64,000 nucleotides of DNA from assembly GCA_963818205.1 (NCBI GenBank), contig CAWFRG010000001.1, positions 9,597-73,596 of the forward strand, read 5' to 3'. This document shows positions 47,167 to 55,672 of the stretch, piece by piece. A program made the translations under genes and the position numbers. The stretch is from an uncultured Solirubrobacterales bacterium. Lineage in GTDB: Bacteria; Actinomycetota; Thermoleophilia; Solirubrobacterales; 70-9. The number at the start of each line of letters is the position of its first letter. Position 1 is the stretch's first letter. Under the pieces are notes generated by a model. The model saw nothing but the letters and a program-made list of their open reading frames with translations, searched no databases and was not told where the DNA came from.

Positions 47167-48078
47167 CTAGGCCGCTAGCGCCTTCGACGGCGAGCCGTTG
47201 GCGCTGCCGTTGTTGAGCAGGGTGAGGATGATCCCCTCGCGGAGGCCGCCCTTGCCGATCTGCAGGGGCCGGCCGAGGAGCTGCGAGAACTTCTCCAGCA
47301 GCAAGACCCCGGCGGGCAGCAGCTTCACCCGGCGGGAGTCGAGCTCGAAGCGCTTCGCCACCTCCGATATCTCGGCGCTGGAGAGGACCCTGACCGCCCG
47401 CTCGAGCGTCTCGTACTCGAGCACCGCGCCGACCAGTGTCCGCAGCGAGGTGGCGCTGCCGCCGACCGCCACCGCCTGGTCGGCCGGCTCCAGCTCGACC
47501 CCGTCGAAGAAATCAGAGATGTGGTCGCGCAGGTTGCGGATCTCGGCGGCGGAGGGTGGGTCGCTCTCCAGGTGATCTTCGGTGAGCAGACCGGAGCCGA
47601 TCTTGAAGGAGTGCACCTTGGAGACGCCCCCGGCGACGGTCCCGAAGATCGCCTCGGATGAGCCGCCGCCGACGTCGACCACCGCAACCGTGCCCTCGAC
47701 CGGGTGGCCCAGCGACTTGGTGGCGCCGATGAAAGCGAGCCTTCCCTCCTCCTCTTCGCTGAGGACGTCGACCCGGACTCCGGCCGCCTCCTCGATCTCC
47801 CGGACAACCTTGGCGCGGTTCTTCGACTCGCGGATCGCCGCCGTCGCCACCGCCTTGATCACCTCGGCGCCCATCTCCTCCGCGAGGCGAACCTGGGTGG
47901 TCACCGCCTCGGCGACCTCGGCGACCTTCTCGGCGGTGATCGACCCGTCCTTGCGCGCGTCCTTGCCGATCCGGGTGTACGCACGCTGCTCCATCACCTT
48001 GCGGAGCTGGCCCTCCTGTGGCTCGGCAACCAAGAGGCGAGTGGTGTTGGAGCCGATATCGATCGCCCCGCAGAGCAC
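47167..48078 (-). CDS. Ppx/GppA family phosphatase (exopolyphosphatase / pppGpp phosphohydrolase), short form
   Basis: AIDIGSNTTRLLVAE...VVDVGGGSSE...GKGGLREG: ASKHA-fold N-terminal domains only (303 aa). Confidence 0.85.
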   Translation of the reverse strand: MLCGAIDIGSNTTRLLVAEPQEGQLRKVMEQRAYTRIGKDARKDGSITAEKVAEVAEAVTTQVRLAEEMGAEVIKAVATAAIRESKNRAKVVREIEEAAGVRVDVLSEEEEGRLAFIGATKSLGHPVEGTVAVVDVGGGSSEAIFGTVAGGVSKVHSFKIGSGLLTEDHLESDPPSAAEIRNLRDHISDFFDGVELEPADQAVAVGGSATSLRTLVGAVLEYETLERAVRVLSSAEISEVAKRFELDSRRVKLLPAGVLLLEKFSQLLGRPLQIGKGGLREGIILTLLNNGSANGSPSKALAA

Positions 48079-48157
48079 TTGGCGTGATATTCGCAGAGCG
48101 GCCGGATAAGCCCGGCTCGCGAACCCGGTCTATGCGTCCAACCGTGCTCCCGCCGGC

Positions 48158-48541
48158 CTATAGCTCAATCCCCAACTGATGCGTCCGCTTCAGGTTGTCC
48201 TCGAGGCCGAACGCGGACGTCAGCCGCCCGTCGCGGACCTCGAAAATGTAGATCTCGTCGACGTTCTCGAAGCGGCGGCCCGTCGGCTCGACCCCGCGCC
48301 ACTCGCCTCGATGAGTGCCCGAGCAGCGGAAGTGGGCCGCGACCTTGTCGCCCTCGGCCACCAGCTCGACGACCTCCATGCGGAAGTCGGGGAAGGCATC
48401 GCGAAAGGGGCCGATCCACCGCCGTGCGGTGGCGGCGAACTCGTCGTCGGCAAGCCCGTCGATCGGCCTCGGGTCCCGGGCATTCACGACCTCCTCGATC
48501 AGGCGCCGGATCAGGGCCTTGTTCTCGTCCGGGGTGCTCAC
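48158..48541 (-). CDS. SnoaL-like / ester cyclase family protein
   Basis: 127 aa: [15 protein letters not shown]...[32 protein letters not shown]...[22 protein letters not shown]. Confidence 0.8.
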   Translation of the reverse strand: MSTPDENKALIRRLIEEVVNARDPRPIDGLADDEFAATARRWIGPFRDAFPDFRMEVVELVAEGDKVAAHFRCSGTHRGEWRGVEPTGRRFENVDEIYIFEVRDGRLTSAFGLEDNLKRTHQLGIEL

Positions 48542-49377
48542 CCCGAGTCAAGGGGGGCGCCGATCAGGATCAGACGGCGGTTGAGCGCCCCCAGCCCGTA
48601 CTCGGCCAGCTCGCCCGGCTCGACCCCGAGCGCCGCGGAGATGTCCCGGTCGCTTGGGGAGAGCGTCTCGGCCGCGGCCGGCAGCAGGTCGAGCAGGCGC
48701 CCCCGCACCACCTCGCCCATCGCCGGATCCTCGGCCACCGCCTCCCGGAGGAACCAGGTGCCGTAGGCGATGTGCCGCTGCTCGTCAGCGGCGATCAGAC
48801 CGTAGCCCTCGGCGAAGCCCGGGAGCAGCTCCCGCTCCCGCAGCAGGCCGAGCAGGAAATGGGAGGTGACGATCCCCAGGGTCCCCTCCAGCAGCATGTG
48901 GTAGATCGTCACGAAGTCGACCTTCGCCTCCCGGTTGGCCGGGTCGGCGCGCAGACGGTCGTGGGCCTCCACCAGTCCCTCGTCGAAGAGCTTCCGGAAC
49001 GGCGCCCCGAGCTGCTCGCGGGCTCGGCCGACGTGATCGGCGATCGCCGCCGGGTCGGCAACGACCTCGTTCTGAAAGCGGGCATAGAACTGCATGTGGC
49101 GGACCTCGTCGACCAGCTGGGTGGAGAGGAAGCTGCCCTCCTCCTCATCGTCCTGGGCGAGGACCAGCCCGCAGAACTGGGTCGAGATCCGCTCCTCGGC
49201 CACCATCAAAGCGCTGAGCGCGAACTGAAGGAGCTCCCTATCGGAGAGGTCGAGGGAGGGCCACTGATCGACGTCGCGCGAGAGATCGACGTCCTGGGCG
49301 GCCCAATGAGCGTGCTCCCAATCGAGGTAGAGCTGCTGCGGGTCCTTGAGCGCGACTGTCTGCGAGGCGGCGCTCAC
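48538..49377 (-). CDS. ferritin-like di-metal carboxylate protein, ribonucleotide reductase R2-like
   Basis: About 279 aa from GTG 49377 (GTGA overlap with the arsM stop). Two ExxH motifs ([11 protein letters not shown] and [12 protein letters not shown]), each with an upstream carboxylate ([16 protein letters not shown]). Confidence 0.7.
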   Translation of the reverse strand: MSAASQTVALKDPQQLYLDWEHAHWAAQDVDLSRDVDQWPSLDLSDRELLQFALSALMVAEERISTQFCGLVLAQDDEEEGSFLSTQLVDEVRHMQFYARFQNEVVADPAAIADHVGRAREQLGAPFRKLFDEGLVEAHDRLRADPANREAKVDFVTIYHMLLEGTLGIVTSHFLLGLLRERELLPGFAEGYGLIAADEQRHIAYGTWFLREAVAEDPAMGEVVRGRLLDLLPAAAETLSPSDRDISAALGVEPGELAEYGLGALNRRLILIGAPLDSG

Positions 49378-50168
49378 GCGGCGACCCGGGCGCGGACGAT
49401 CGCCGAGCCCGCGTGCTCGTGCACGCGATGGGTCTCCTCGATCTCGATCGCCTCGAATCCGGCACGCCCAAGCTCGCGCCTGAAGCTCTCCTCGGTCAGG
49501 GCGCCGGCGATGCAACCGGTCCACTGCTCCACGTCTCCGCGCGTCGCCTCGTCCATCTCGGGGTCGGCAACGACGTCTGTCACGGCGAAGCGCCCGCCGG
49601 GTCGCAGGACCCGCGCCGCCTCGCGGAAGACCGCGGCCTTGTCGGCCGAGAGGTTGATCACGCAGTTGGAGATGATCACGTCGACCGAGTCGTCGGGCAG
49701 CGGCACCGCCTCGATCGTTCCCTTCAGGAACTCGACGTTCTCGACCCCGGCCTCGCGCTGGTTGGCCCGGGCCAGCTCGAGCATCTCGTCGGTCATGTCG
49801 AGGCCATAGGCCTTGCCGCCCGGCCCGACCCGCCGCGCAGAGAGCAGTACATCTATGCCACCGCCCGAGCCGAGGTCGAGCACCGTCTCACCGTCGCCAA
49901 GCTCGGCGACCGCGGTCGGGTTGCCGCAGCCGAGCGAGGCGAGCTGGGCGGCGCCTGGGAGCTCACCGCGCTCCCCCTCGGAGTAGAGCTCGGCGCCGAA
50001 GTCCTTGAACCCCTGCTCGATTCCAATCGGTTCAGTGGGCCCGCAGCCGCAGGAGCCCGCGCCGCCGCAGGACGCCTCGCCGCCCGCGGCCGCACTTCGC
50101 GCCGCCTCCGCGTAGCGCTCGCGTACGGTCTCCCGAATCTCGTCCTTGCTCTTCAGTTGCTCAGCCAT
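49374..50168 (-). CDS. arsM: arsenite S-adenosylmethionine methyltransferase
   Basis: Cys-rich N-terminus [20 protein letters not shown] motif [26 protein letters not shown]. Confidence 0.85.
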   Translation of the reverse strand: MAEQLKSKDEIRETVRERYAEAARSAAAGGEASCGGAGSCGCGPTEPIGIEQGFKDFGAELYSEGERGELPGAAQLASLGCGNPTAVAELGDGETVLDLGSGGGIDVLLSARRVGPGGKAYGLDMTDEMLELARANQREAGVENVEFLKGTIEAVPLPDDSVDVIISNCVINLSADKAAVFREAARVLRPGGRFAVTDVVADPEMDEATRGDVEQWTGCIAGALTEESFRRELGRAGFEAIEIEETHRVHEHAGSAIVRARVAA

Positions 50169-50509
50169 CCGCTCATTTCCTCCAATGCCTCGGGGTTGAC
50201 GTAGTAGTAGGCCCAGAGGCCCCGGCGCTCGGAGCCGACGATGCCGGCGTTGCGGAGAACCTTGAGGTGGTGTGAGACCGTCGGCTGGGAGAGGTCGAAG
50301 AGCGGGACGAGCTCGCAGACGCAGACCTTGCCGGCGTGCTTTCTTAGTACGTCGACGAGCTGCATCCGGATCGGGTCGCCGAGCGCCTTCGCGATCGCGC
50401 CCATCCGCTCGGCCGCCTCTCGCTCGATATCGGGATAGACAACCGGCTCGCAGCAGGGCTCACCGACCGGGCGCTTCTGCTTCGGCGCGAGTTGCAGATC
50501 GACAGCCAT
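50153..50509 (-). CDS. arsR: ArsR/SmtB family metalloregulator
   Basis: ALGDPIRMQLVDVLRKHAGKVCVCELVPLFDLSQPTVSHHLKVLRNAGIV; the CVC metal(loid) site is present. Confidence 0.85.
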   Translation of the reverse strand: MAVDLQLAPKQKRPVGEPCCEPVVYPDIEREAAERMGAIAKALGDPIRMQLVDVLRKHAGKVCVCELVPLFDLSQPTVSHHLKVLRNAGIVGSERRGLWAYYYVNPEALEEMSGWLSN

Positions 50510-50522
50510 CAATTTGAGTCTA

Positions 50523-50535
50523 TCGATTGAATCGA
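50523..50535. promoter_or_regulatory. candidate ArsR operator palindrome in the arsR/arsC divergent spacer
   Basis: Perfect inverted repeat TCGATT-G-AATCGA centred in the 76-nt spacer (50510-50585). Confidence 0.35.
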
Positions 50536-50585
50536 GCCATGTCAATGGATACTCTCGCGTCACAAAGCAGCCCAGGAGGCGCACA

Positions 50586-51230
50586 ATGAGCGAGGACTAC
50601 GAGTCGATAGCCGATCACCGCCGGGAGCAGGCAATCTCGGAAATGGTCGACCAATTCCAGGGGATCTGGCCCCGAGAGACGATCGACCGGTTCCTGCAGG
50701 AGTCCGAGCAGGCGCTCAGTGAGGAGGGCGGCGGCCTCAGCTTCCTCCCATTGAGGGCGCCCAGCTTCGCCCGCGAGCGGCTGATGGCCCTCGCGCAGGT
50801 CGAGGAGCAGATCCCGAAGGCTCAGCCCGAGGTCCTCTTCGTCTGCGTTCGGAACGCGGGCCGGTCGCAGATGGCGGCGGCCCTCACCGAGCAAATCTCG
50901 CAAGGAAAGGTCTCGGTGCGATCCGCCGGCTCCCTCCCGGGCGATCAGATCCATCCGGTTGTTGCCGAGGCGATGGCCGAGCTCGGCCTCGATCTGCAGG
51001 AGAGCTTCCCGAAGCCGCTCAGCGACGAGGTCGTGCGAGCCGCGGACGTGGTGATAACGATGGGTTGCGGAGACGCTTGTCCCCTCTACCCCGGCAAGCA
51101 CTACGAGGACTGGGTGATCGACGACCCGGCCGGCCAGCCCCTCGCTGTGGTTCGCGAGATCCGCAATCAGATCGCCGGCAGGGTCGTTGCCCTGGTCGCC
51201 GAGCTCTCACCCGAGCCGGCCGCGACCTGA
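50586..51230 (+). CDS. arsC: arsenate reductase, LMW-PTP (thioredoxin/mycoredoxin-coupled) type, with an ~80-aa N-terminal helical extension
   Basis: VLFVCVRNAGRSQMAAAL P-loop, GSLPGDQIHP, VITMGCGDACP. RBS AGGAGG upstream of ATG 50586. Confidence 0.85.
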   Translation: MSEDYESIADHRREQAISEMVDQFQGIWPRETIDRFLQESEQALSEEGGGLSFLPLRAPSFARERLMALAQVEEQIPKAQPEVLFVCVRNAGRSQMAAALTEQISQGKVSVRSAGSLPGDQIHPVVAEAMAELGLDLQESFPKPLSDEVVRAADVVITMGCGDACPLYPGKHYEDWVIDDPAGQPLAVVREIRNQIAGRVVALVAELSPEPAAT

Positions 51231-51246
51231 TGGGATCCAGCGTCTG

Positions 51247-51285
51247 GTGAGCGTCCGCGTCGGCATCAACGGCTTCGGCCCAGGG
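51247..51285 (+). pseudogene. 5' stub of a second GAPDH gene
   Basis: GTG 51247 reads VSVRVGINGFG, then loses all similarity. 51259-51278 is identical (20/20) to the reverse complement of 21411-21430 in the intact gap gene. Confidence 0.55.
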
Positions 51286-51524
51286 GGAACGTCCGTTGAC
51301 GACTACGGGGAGAAGTCAATGATTCTCGCCCGCGGCTCCGGATTCACACCCTGTTCACGGGATTCGCCGGCGCGCGCCGTACCTTCGAGGCGTGGAGTCA
51401 GCACAGCTCGAAGCAGCGCCTCGGCCTCAACATTCCCTACGAATGGTGGCCGGCGGCGCCGGTCCTGAAGCAGATCGAGGCCGCAGGCTTCAGCTGGGTC
51501 CAGGTCCCCTCTCCCCCGCCGTCG

Positions 51525-52457
51525 GTGCTGACCAACCCGCGCCTCGCCTCGCGTCACGCGAGCGGCCTCAGCGAGGTCCTCGGTACCTCGGGGCTGCGCC
51601 CGATCCTCCACGGCCCCGGTGAGATCCGGGCCGGAACCTCCGAGGATGACCGGGTGCTCGAGGGCCTGCTCGGCTACGCCGCCGAGACCGGCGCCGAGCG
51701 GGTCGTCTACCACGCCGCCAACCACCCGGACGAGCCGGCGAGCGAGGACAAGCTCCTGGCCGAGACCCGCTCCCTCGCTCGGCTCGCCAGCCGTGCCGAG
51801 AGCCTCGGGATCATCATCGCGCTCGAGAACCTCGCCCCGGTCTTCCCTGGGCCCGAGGCGCTCTCGTTCAAGCCGCTGCTCCTGCGGACGATGGCGAAGC
51901 GGATCAGCTCCCCGTCCGTGGGCCTCTGCCTCGATATCGGCCACGCCAACGTCGTCGCCGGCCTCCACGGCAGCGACCCGATCGAGCTGATCGAGCCCGC
52001 GCTCGACCGGACGGTGCTCTTCCATCTCCACGACAACCTCGGCGCGCGCCGCGGCTACGACGAGGCGCCCGAGATCGACCCGCTCCGGCTCGACCTCCAC
52101 CTGCCGCCGGGGCGCGGCACGGTCCCCTGGGACCGCCTGGCGCCGCTGCTCGCCCGCCGGCAGGCGCCGCTGCTGCTCGAGGTGCACCCGCCGCACCGGC
52201 CCTCGCCGGCACACCTGTTCGAGGCGGCGGTCAGGGTCCTGCGACTGCCAGGCCGCTCGCTGTCGGAGCGGAGGCGCAGCCGTAGCGACTTAAGCGGGGC
52301 GGCCGCCTGCAGCCGCGACCTGATGTTTGCCGGCTCCCTGCCCCCGCTTAGCTCGCCCGCTGGCGCTAGTTGCGGAGCGCCGCCCGGAGCTTCTTATTGC
52401 GCTCGGACCGCTTCGCCCGCTGCGCCTTCCGCGCCTCGCGGGCGACTGCGCTGGTGA
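51525..52457 (+). CDS. sugar phosphate isomerase/epimerase (xylose isomerase-like TIM barrel) family protein; 5' end unresolved
   Basis: ERVVYHAANHP, IIIALENL, LCLDIGHANV, LFHLHDN motifs. The same frame is open back to 51300 and already encodes RLGLNIPYEWWPAAPVLKQIEAAGFSWVQV but has no ATG/GTG/TTG. The 3' 150 nt are Pro/Ala/Ser-rich and overlap the convergent gene. Confidence 0.6.
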   Translation: MLTNPRLASRHASGLSEVLGTSGLRPILHGPGEIRAGTSEDDRVLEGLLGYAAETGAERVVYHAANHPDEPASEDKLLAETRSLARLASRAESLGIIIALENLAPVFPGPEALSFKPLLLRTMAKRISSPSVGLCLDIGHANVVAGLHGSDPIELIEPALDRTVLFHLHDNLGARRGYDEAPEIDPLRLDLHLPPGRGTVPWDRLAPLLARRQAPLLLEVHPPHRPSPAHLFEAAVRVLRLPGRSLSERRRSRSDLSGAAACSRDLMFAGSLPPLSSPAGASCGAPPGASYCARTASPAAPSAPRGRLRW

Positions 52458-53763
52458 CGCCGGCCGCGCGGGTGAGGGAACCCTGCCCTGCGCCTGGTCG
52501 TCTGCGCCGACCGATCCCGTGGTCACTGCCGATCCCGTTGATGCTGAAGGTCGCCGAGGACCCCAACCCGCTCAGGTCGAAGCTGACCATCACCGGCTGG
52601 CCTTCGAAGAGCTTGCTCTGGTCGATCCCGGGCCCGACTGCGAGTGGATTCAGGTCGCGCAACGACTCCCGGGTGTCATCGGCAGAGAGGATCATCTCGC
52701 TGTCGTTGGGGCAGCGGCGCTGGATTACCGCCTCGAGAGTGCCCCCCGCCACCGCGCCGGCCGGGGTGAGGGAGCTCTGTGTGAGCATCGCGGTCGGGGT
52801 CATCGGAGGCTGGGGGAAGATCTGGCTGGGGCCGCCATCGCACTCCAGTGGCGGGTCTGTCGGCGCCGCTGGGCCCGTCTGGCGACTGATTGATCTGAAC
52901 CGTGGTTGTGACCAGCTGGCCCACCTTGGGCACGGTGGTGTCAGAGGCGGAGGGCACGCTGACGAGGACGGATGAGCCGACGGTCGAGACCGTGTAGGCG
53001 TATCCCGGATCCGCGAGGTCCGGCGCATCACAGTTGCCCGGCGGGGTGCCGTCGGTGTCGGCGCAGTAGGTGACGGTCCCGGAGAAGCCCGCCGAGGTCG
53101 CCGAGCCCTGCGCGGTGCGCTGGCCGTTCTCCGCGTAGGTGCCGTTTCTGAGCGGCCTCACCGGGACGGTGAGGTCGGTACCGACCGTCGGCAGCGTCTC
53201 TGGAGCGGCGGTGTGGATCGACCTCAGGTTGCCGAGGGACGCGATCGTGTAGCTGACCGCGACCGGGTTCACGTGCACCACCACCCCGGCGAGCGTATCC
53301 ACCTGGTTCTTCTTCTTTTTCTTCTTCTTCTTCCTGTTCTCGTCTCCGCCGCCCCCCGGCCCGCCTCCGGAGGAGACCGTGGGCGCTGCGACCGCCGAGG
53401 ATGCTGGGGCGGGCGCCGGACCTCCTCCGCCACCTCCCCCCAGCGGCGCCGGGGCGGAGGGCTCCTCGGTGGTGGGCGCCTGGACAACCGGGGGCGCCGA
53501 GGCGATGATCCCCGAGAGGTTGGGACTGATCGCGGTGCCGATCACGACCCCGAAGCCGAGCGCGATCGCCGCGAAGGTGGTCGCCGTCTGCAGCGGTACC
53601 GGGAGCACGAAGCGAGCTTTCCCTGCCTCCTCGGCCCCGGCACCGAGGTCAGGTAGGGGAGCGCGATCGGCGGGCCCACCCGGGTGCCGCATTCGATGCA
53701 GTAGCGCTGATCGGTGGCAAGTGGGGCCCCGCAGTTCGAACAGGGCCCTCGCAGGTTGTTCAT
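52366..53763 (-). pseudogene. N-terminal zinc-ribbon, single-TM protein with a large ectodomain; two frame changes (about 53655 and about 52890)
   Basis: CSNCGAPLATDQRYCIECGTRV (ORF 53542..53763), then AEEAGKARFVLPVPLQTATTFAAIALGFGVVIG plus a Gly/Pro/Lys linker and VHVNPVAVSYTIASLG...TVTYCADTDGTPPGNC (ORF 52676..53692), then PLECDGGPSQIF...VMVSFDLSGLGSSATFSING (ORF 52366..53031). Confidence 0.6.
53309..53332 (-). repeat. (AAG)n lysine-codon microsatellite inside the zinc-ribbon gene
   Basis: AAG AAG AAG AAG AAA AAG AAG AAG encodes K8. An AT-rich trinucleotide run in a roughly 70% GC context. Confidence 0.9.
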
Positions 53764-53785
53764 ACCGAGGTCGCCCCCGCTCCCG

Positions 53786-54277
53786 CTACTCCGCGGGCTT
53801 CTGGCTCGGCTTCGAGGCGGGCTTCAGCTCGTTGCCGCACTGCCAGCAGAAGACCGCGCCGCGCGCCTGGAGGGCGCCGCAGGCGGGGCAGGTGCCGGCG
53901 GCCCCAGCCTCGTCCAGCGCCAGTACCCGCTCGATCTGACCGAGCTGGGCGTCGACCTCCTGGAGCCTCGCCGCCTGCTTGTTGAGCACATCGAGGCGGA
54001 AGTGGTCGCGGCTCGCCATCTCGTAGGTCATCCCGCCCAGATCCCACTGGAGCTCGGCGAACCGGTGCGCGAGTTCCTCGCGCTCCTTCAACAGCTGCGG
54101 CTCGCCCACCGCCGTGCCGTTGGAAGCAGCGGCCGCGGCGGCCATAGACGCCTTTCTCCCGCCCTTGCGGCGTGCCCCTTTGCCGCGGCCGGCGGCGCCT
54201 CGTCTGTCCGGGGGCTTCCAGCCCTCGCGAAGGACGTCGGCGAAGCTCGGGCTCTTTCGCCGTGGTGCGGCCATCAA
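53786..54277 (-). CDS. basic/coiled-coil protein with a C-terminal zinc ribbon
   Basis: Arg/Lys-rich N-terminus, heptad-like LLKEREELAHRFAELQWDL...LNKQAARLQEVDAQLGQIERVL, then CPACGALQARGAVFCWQCG. 4-nt overlap with the upstream gene. Confidence 0.65.
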   Translation of the reverse strand: MMAAPRRKSPSFADVLREGWKPPDRRGAAGRGKGARRKGGRKASMAAAAAASNGTAVGEPQLLKEREELAHRFAELQWDLGGMTYEMASRDHFRLDVLNKQAARLQEVDAQLGQIERVLALDEAGAAGTCPACGALQARGAVFCWQCGNELKPASKPSQKPAE

Positions 54278-54927
54278 CAGCCGATGCAGGTCGCGTCGCT
54301 GCCCCCGCCCGCCGGTCCGCTGGGATCGAGCTTCTCCGGTTCACCCTGAGTGGCGACCTGGCCGGGGCCGTTCTTCGCGTTCTCGAGGACCGAGCCTCCG
54401 CCCTGCCTGCTCACATCCGCGGCCGCGACGCCCTCGGTCGAGCCGGAGCCGCCTTGCTCAACGTTGCCCTGGCCGGCCGCGGTCGAGGCTGCAGTCGAGG
54501 CTGCAGCCTTCTTCGGGGCAGGAGCCGCAGCGGGGGCCTTGGTGGGGGTGGTCTCGGTCGGTGTGGACGCGACAGTGGGAGCGGCGGCGCCCGCAACCAC
54601 CTGCTGGCCATCGTTGTCGTTGCCGATCAGCACACCGAGAAGCAGCATCACGCCGAGGACGGCGATCGCACCGATCGCCACGATCGGACTGCTCCATTGC
54701 GGTGCCGCAGCCGCCGGCGCCGACCCGGGGATTCCGCCAGCGGGCTGGGCGGCGTTCCCGGCAAGCTGCCGCTGATAGTCGACCCTTGTCTCGGATCTGC
54801 GTGTCCCGCAGTTGACGCAGTAGCGCTGATCAGCCGCGAGCACCGAGCCGCACTGAGAGCAGACGTCGCCCTCCTGCCCCACGGTCGGCAGGTTGACCGT
54901 CTCCGCTGTCTCATCTGTCCTAGCCAT
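54274..54927 (-). CDS. N-terminal zinc-ribbon, single-TM protein with a low-complexity ectodomain
   Basis: CSQCGSVLAADQRYCVNCGTR, TM IVAIGAIAVLGVMLLLGVLIG, Ala/Thr/Pro-rich tail ending in CIGC. Confidence 0.7.
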   Translation of the reverse strand: MARTDETAETVNLPTVGQEGDVCSQCGSVLAADQRYCVNCGTRRSETRVDYQRQLAGNAAQPAGGIPGSAPAAAAPQWSSPIVAIGAIAVLGVMLLLGVLIGNDNDGQQVVAGAAAPTVASTPTETTPTKAPAAAPAPKKAAASTAASTAAGQGNVEQGGSGSTEGVAAADVSRQGGGSVLENAKNGPGQVATQGEPEKLDPSGPAGGGSDATCIGC

Positions 54928-54939
54928 TGCGTCCTCCTT

Positions 54940-55672
54940 CTATTCCAAAACCGTCGGCGGGGCCTTCACCGTCACGTCCGCCCCCCTCGGATCGCCGATG
55001 AAGAAGATGTTGTAAGTGCCGGGGCGAGCCTCGACCTTGAGTGCCTTGATCTGGCCCCGACCGGCGGCAACCATCTTTCCGCCCGACCGAGCGACTGCGA
55101 ACAGTACGAGCTTCTTCTGATCGAGTTGCGACTTGTTGGTGACCTTGCCCTCGACCTCTACCCCGATCGGGTTGTCGTGCAGGGTCGGCTCCTCCACTTC
55201 GATCTCGGGCAGCTGAGCCGGCGCCTTCTCGGTCGGTCACCCCCACCGTCACCTTTGCCGACTTCGGCACCCCGTTCGGCGATAGCTGGTCGTTGACCCA
55301 CTCGAAGGTCTCTCCGGGCTTCAGCAGCGGGATGTGGTTGAGGCTGGGCTCGATCCCGAAGGTGTCGTTCATGAAGATCGATTTTCCTTGGGCGTCGCGC
55401 AGGTCGACCAGGATCGGCACATTGACCAGCGTTTCCTTGGAGGTGTTCTGGACCTCGACCACGATCGCGTCTCCGTTCTCGTCGTGGAGCAGGGTCGTGC
55501 CGAGCACCTTGACCTCCTTGCTCGGCTGATCGATCGTCAGCGGCACCTGGGTGGCGGCGATCGCCGCGCCCTGCTCCTGCAGCTCGCGGGCCTTGTCCTG
55601 GGTCGACTCGCAGGCGGTGAGAAGAGACCCCGCCACGACCGCCAGTGCGAGCGTGACCGGCCATCGAATCAA
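54940..55672 (-). pseudogene. hypothetical lipoprotein, one frame change near 55230-55237
   Basis: TTG start overlapping the pstB stop (TTGA). Lipobox SLLTACES. N-part ...VVEVQNTSKETLVNVPILVDLRDAQGKSIFMNDTFGIEPSLNHIPLLKPGETFEWVNDQ; C-part (ORF 54940..55197) EEPTLHDNPIGVEVEGKVTNKSQ...YNIFFIGDPRG. Confidence 0.55.
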
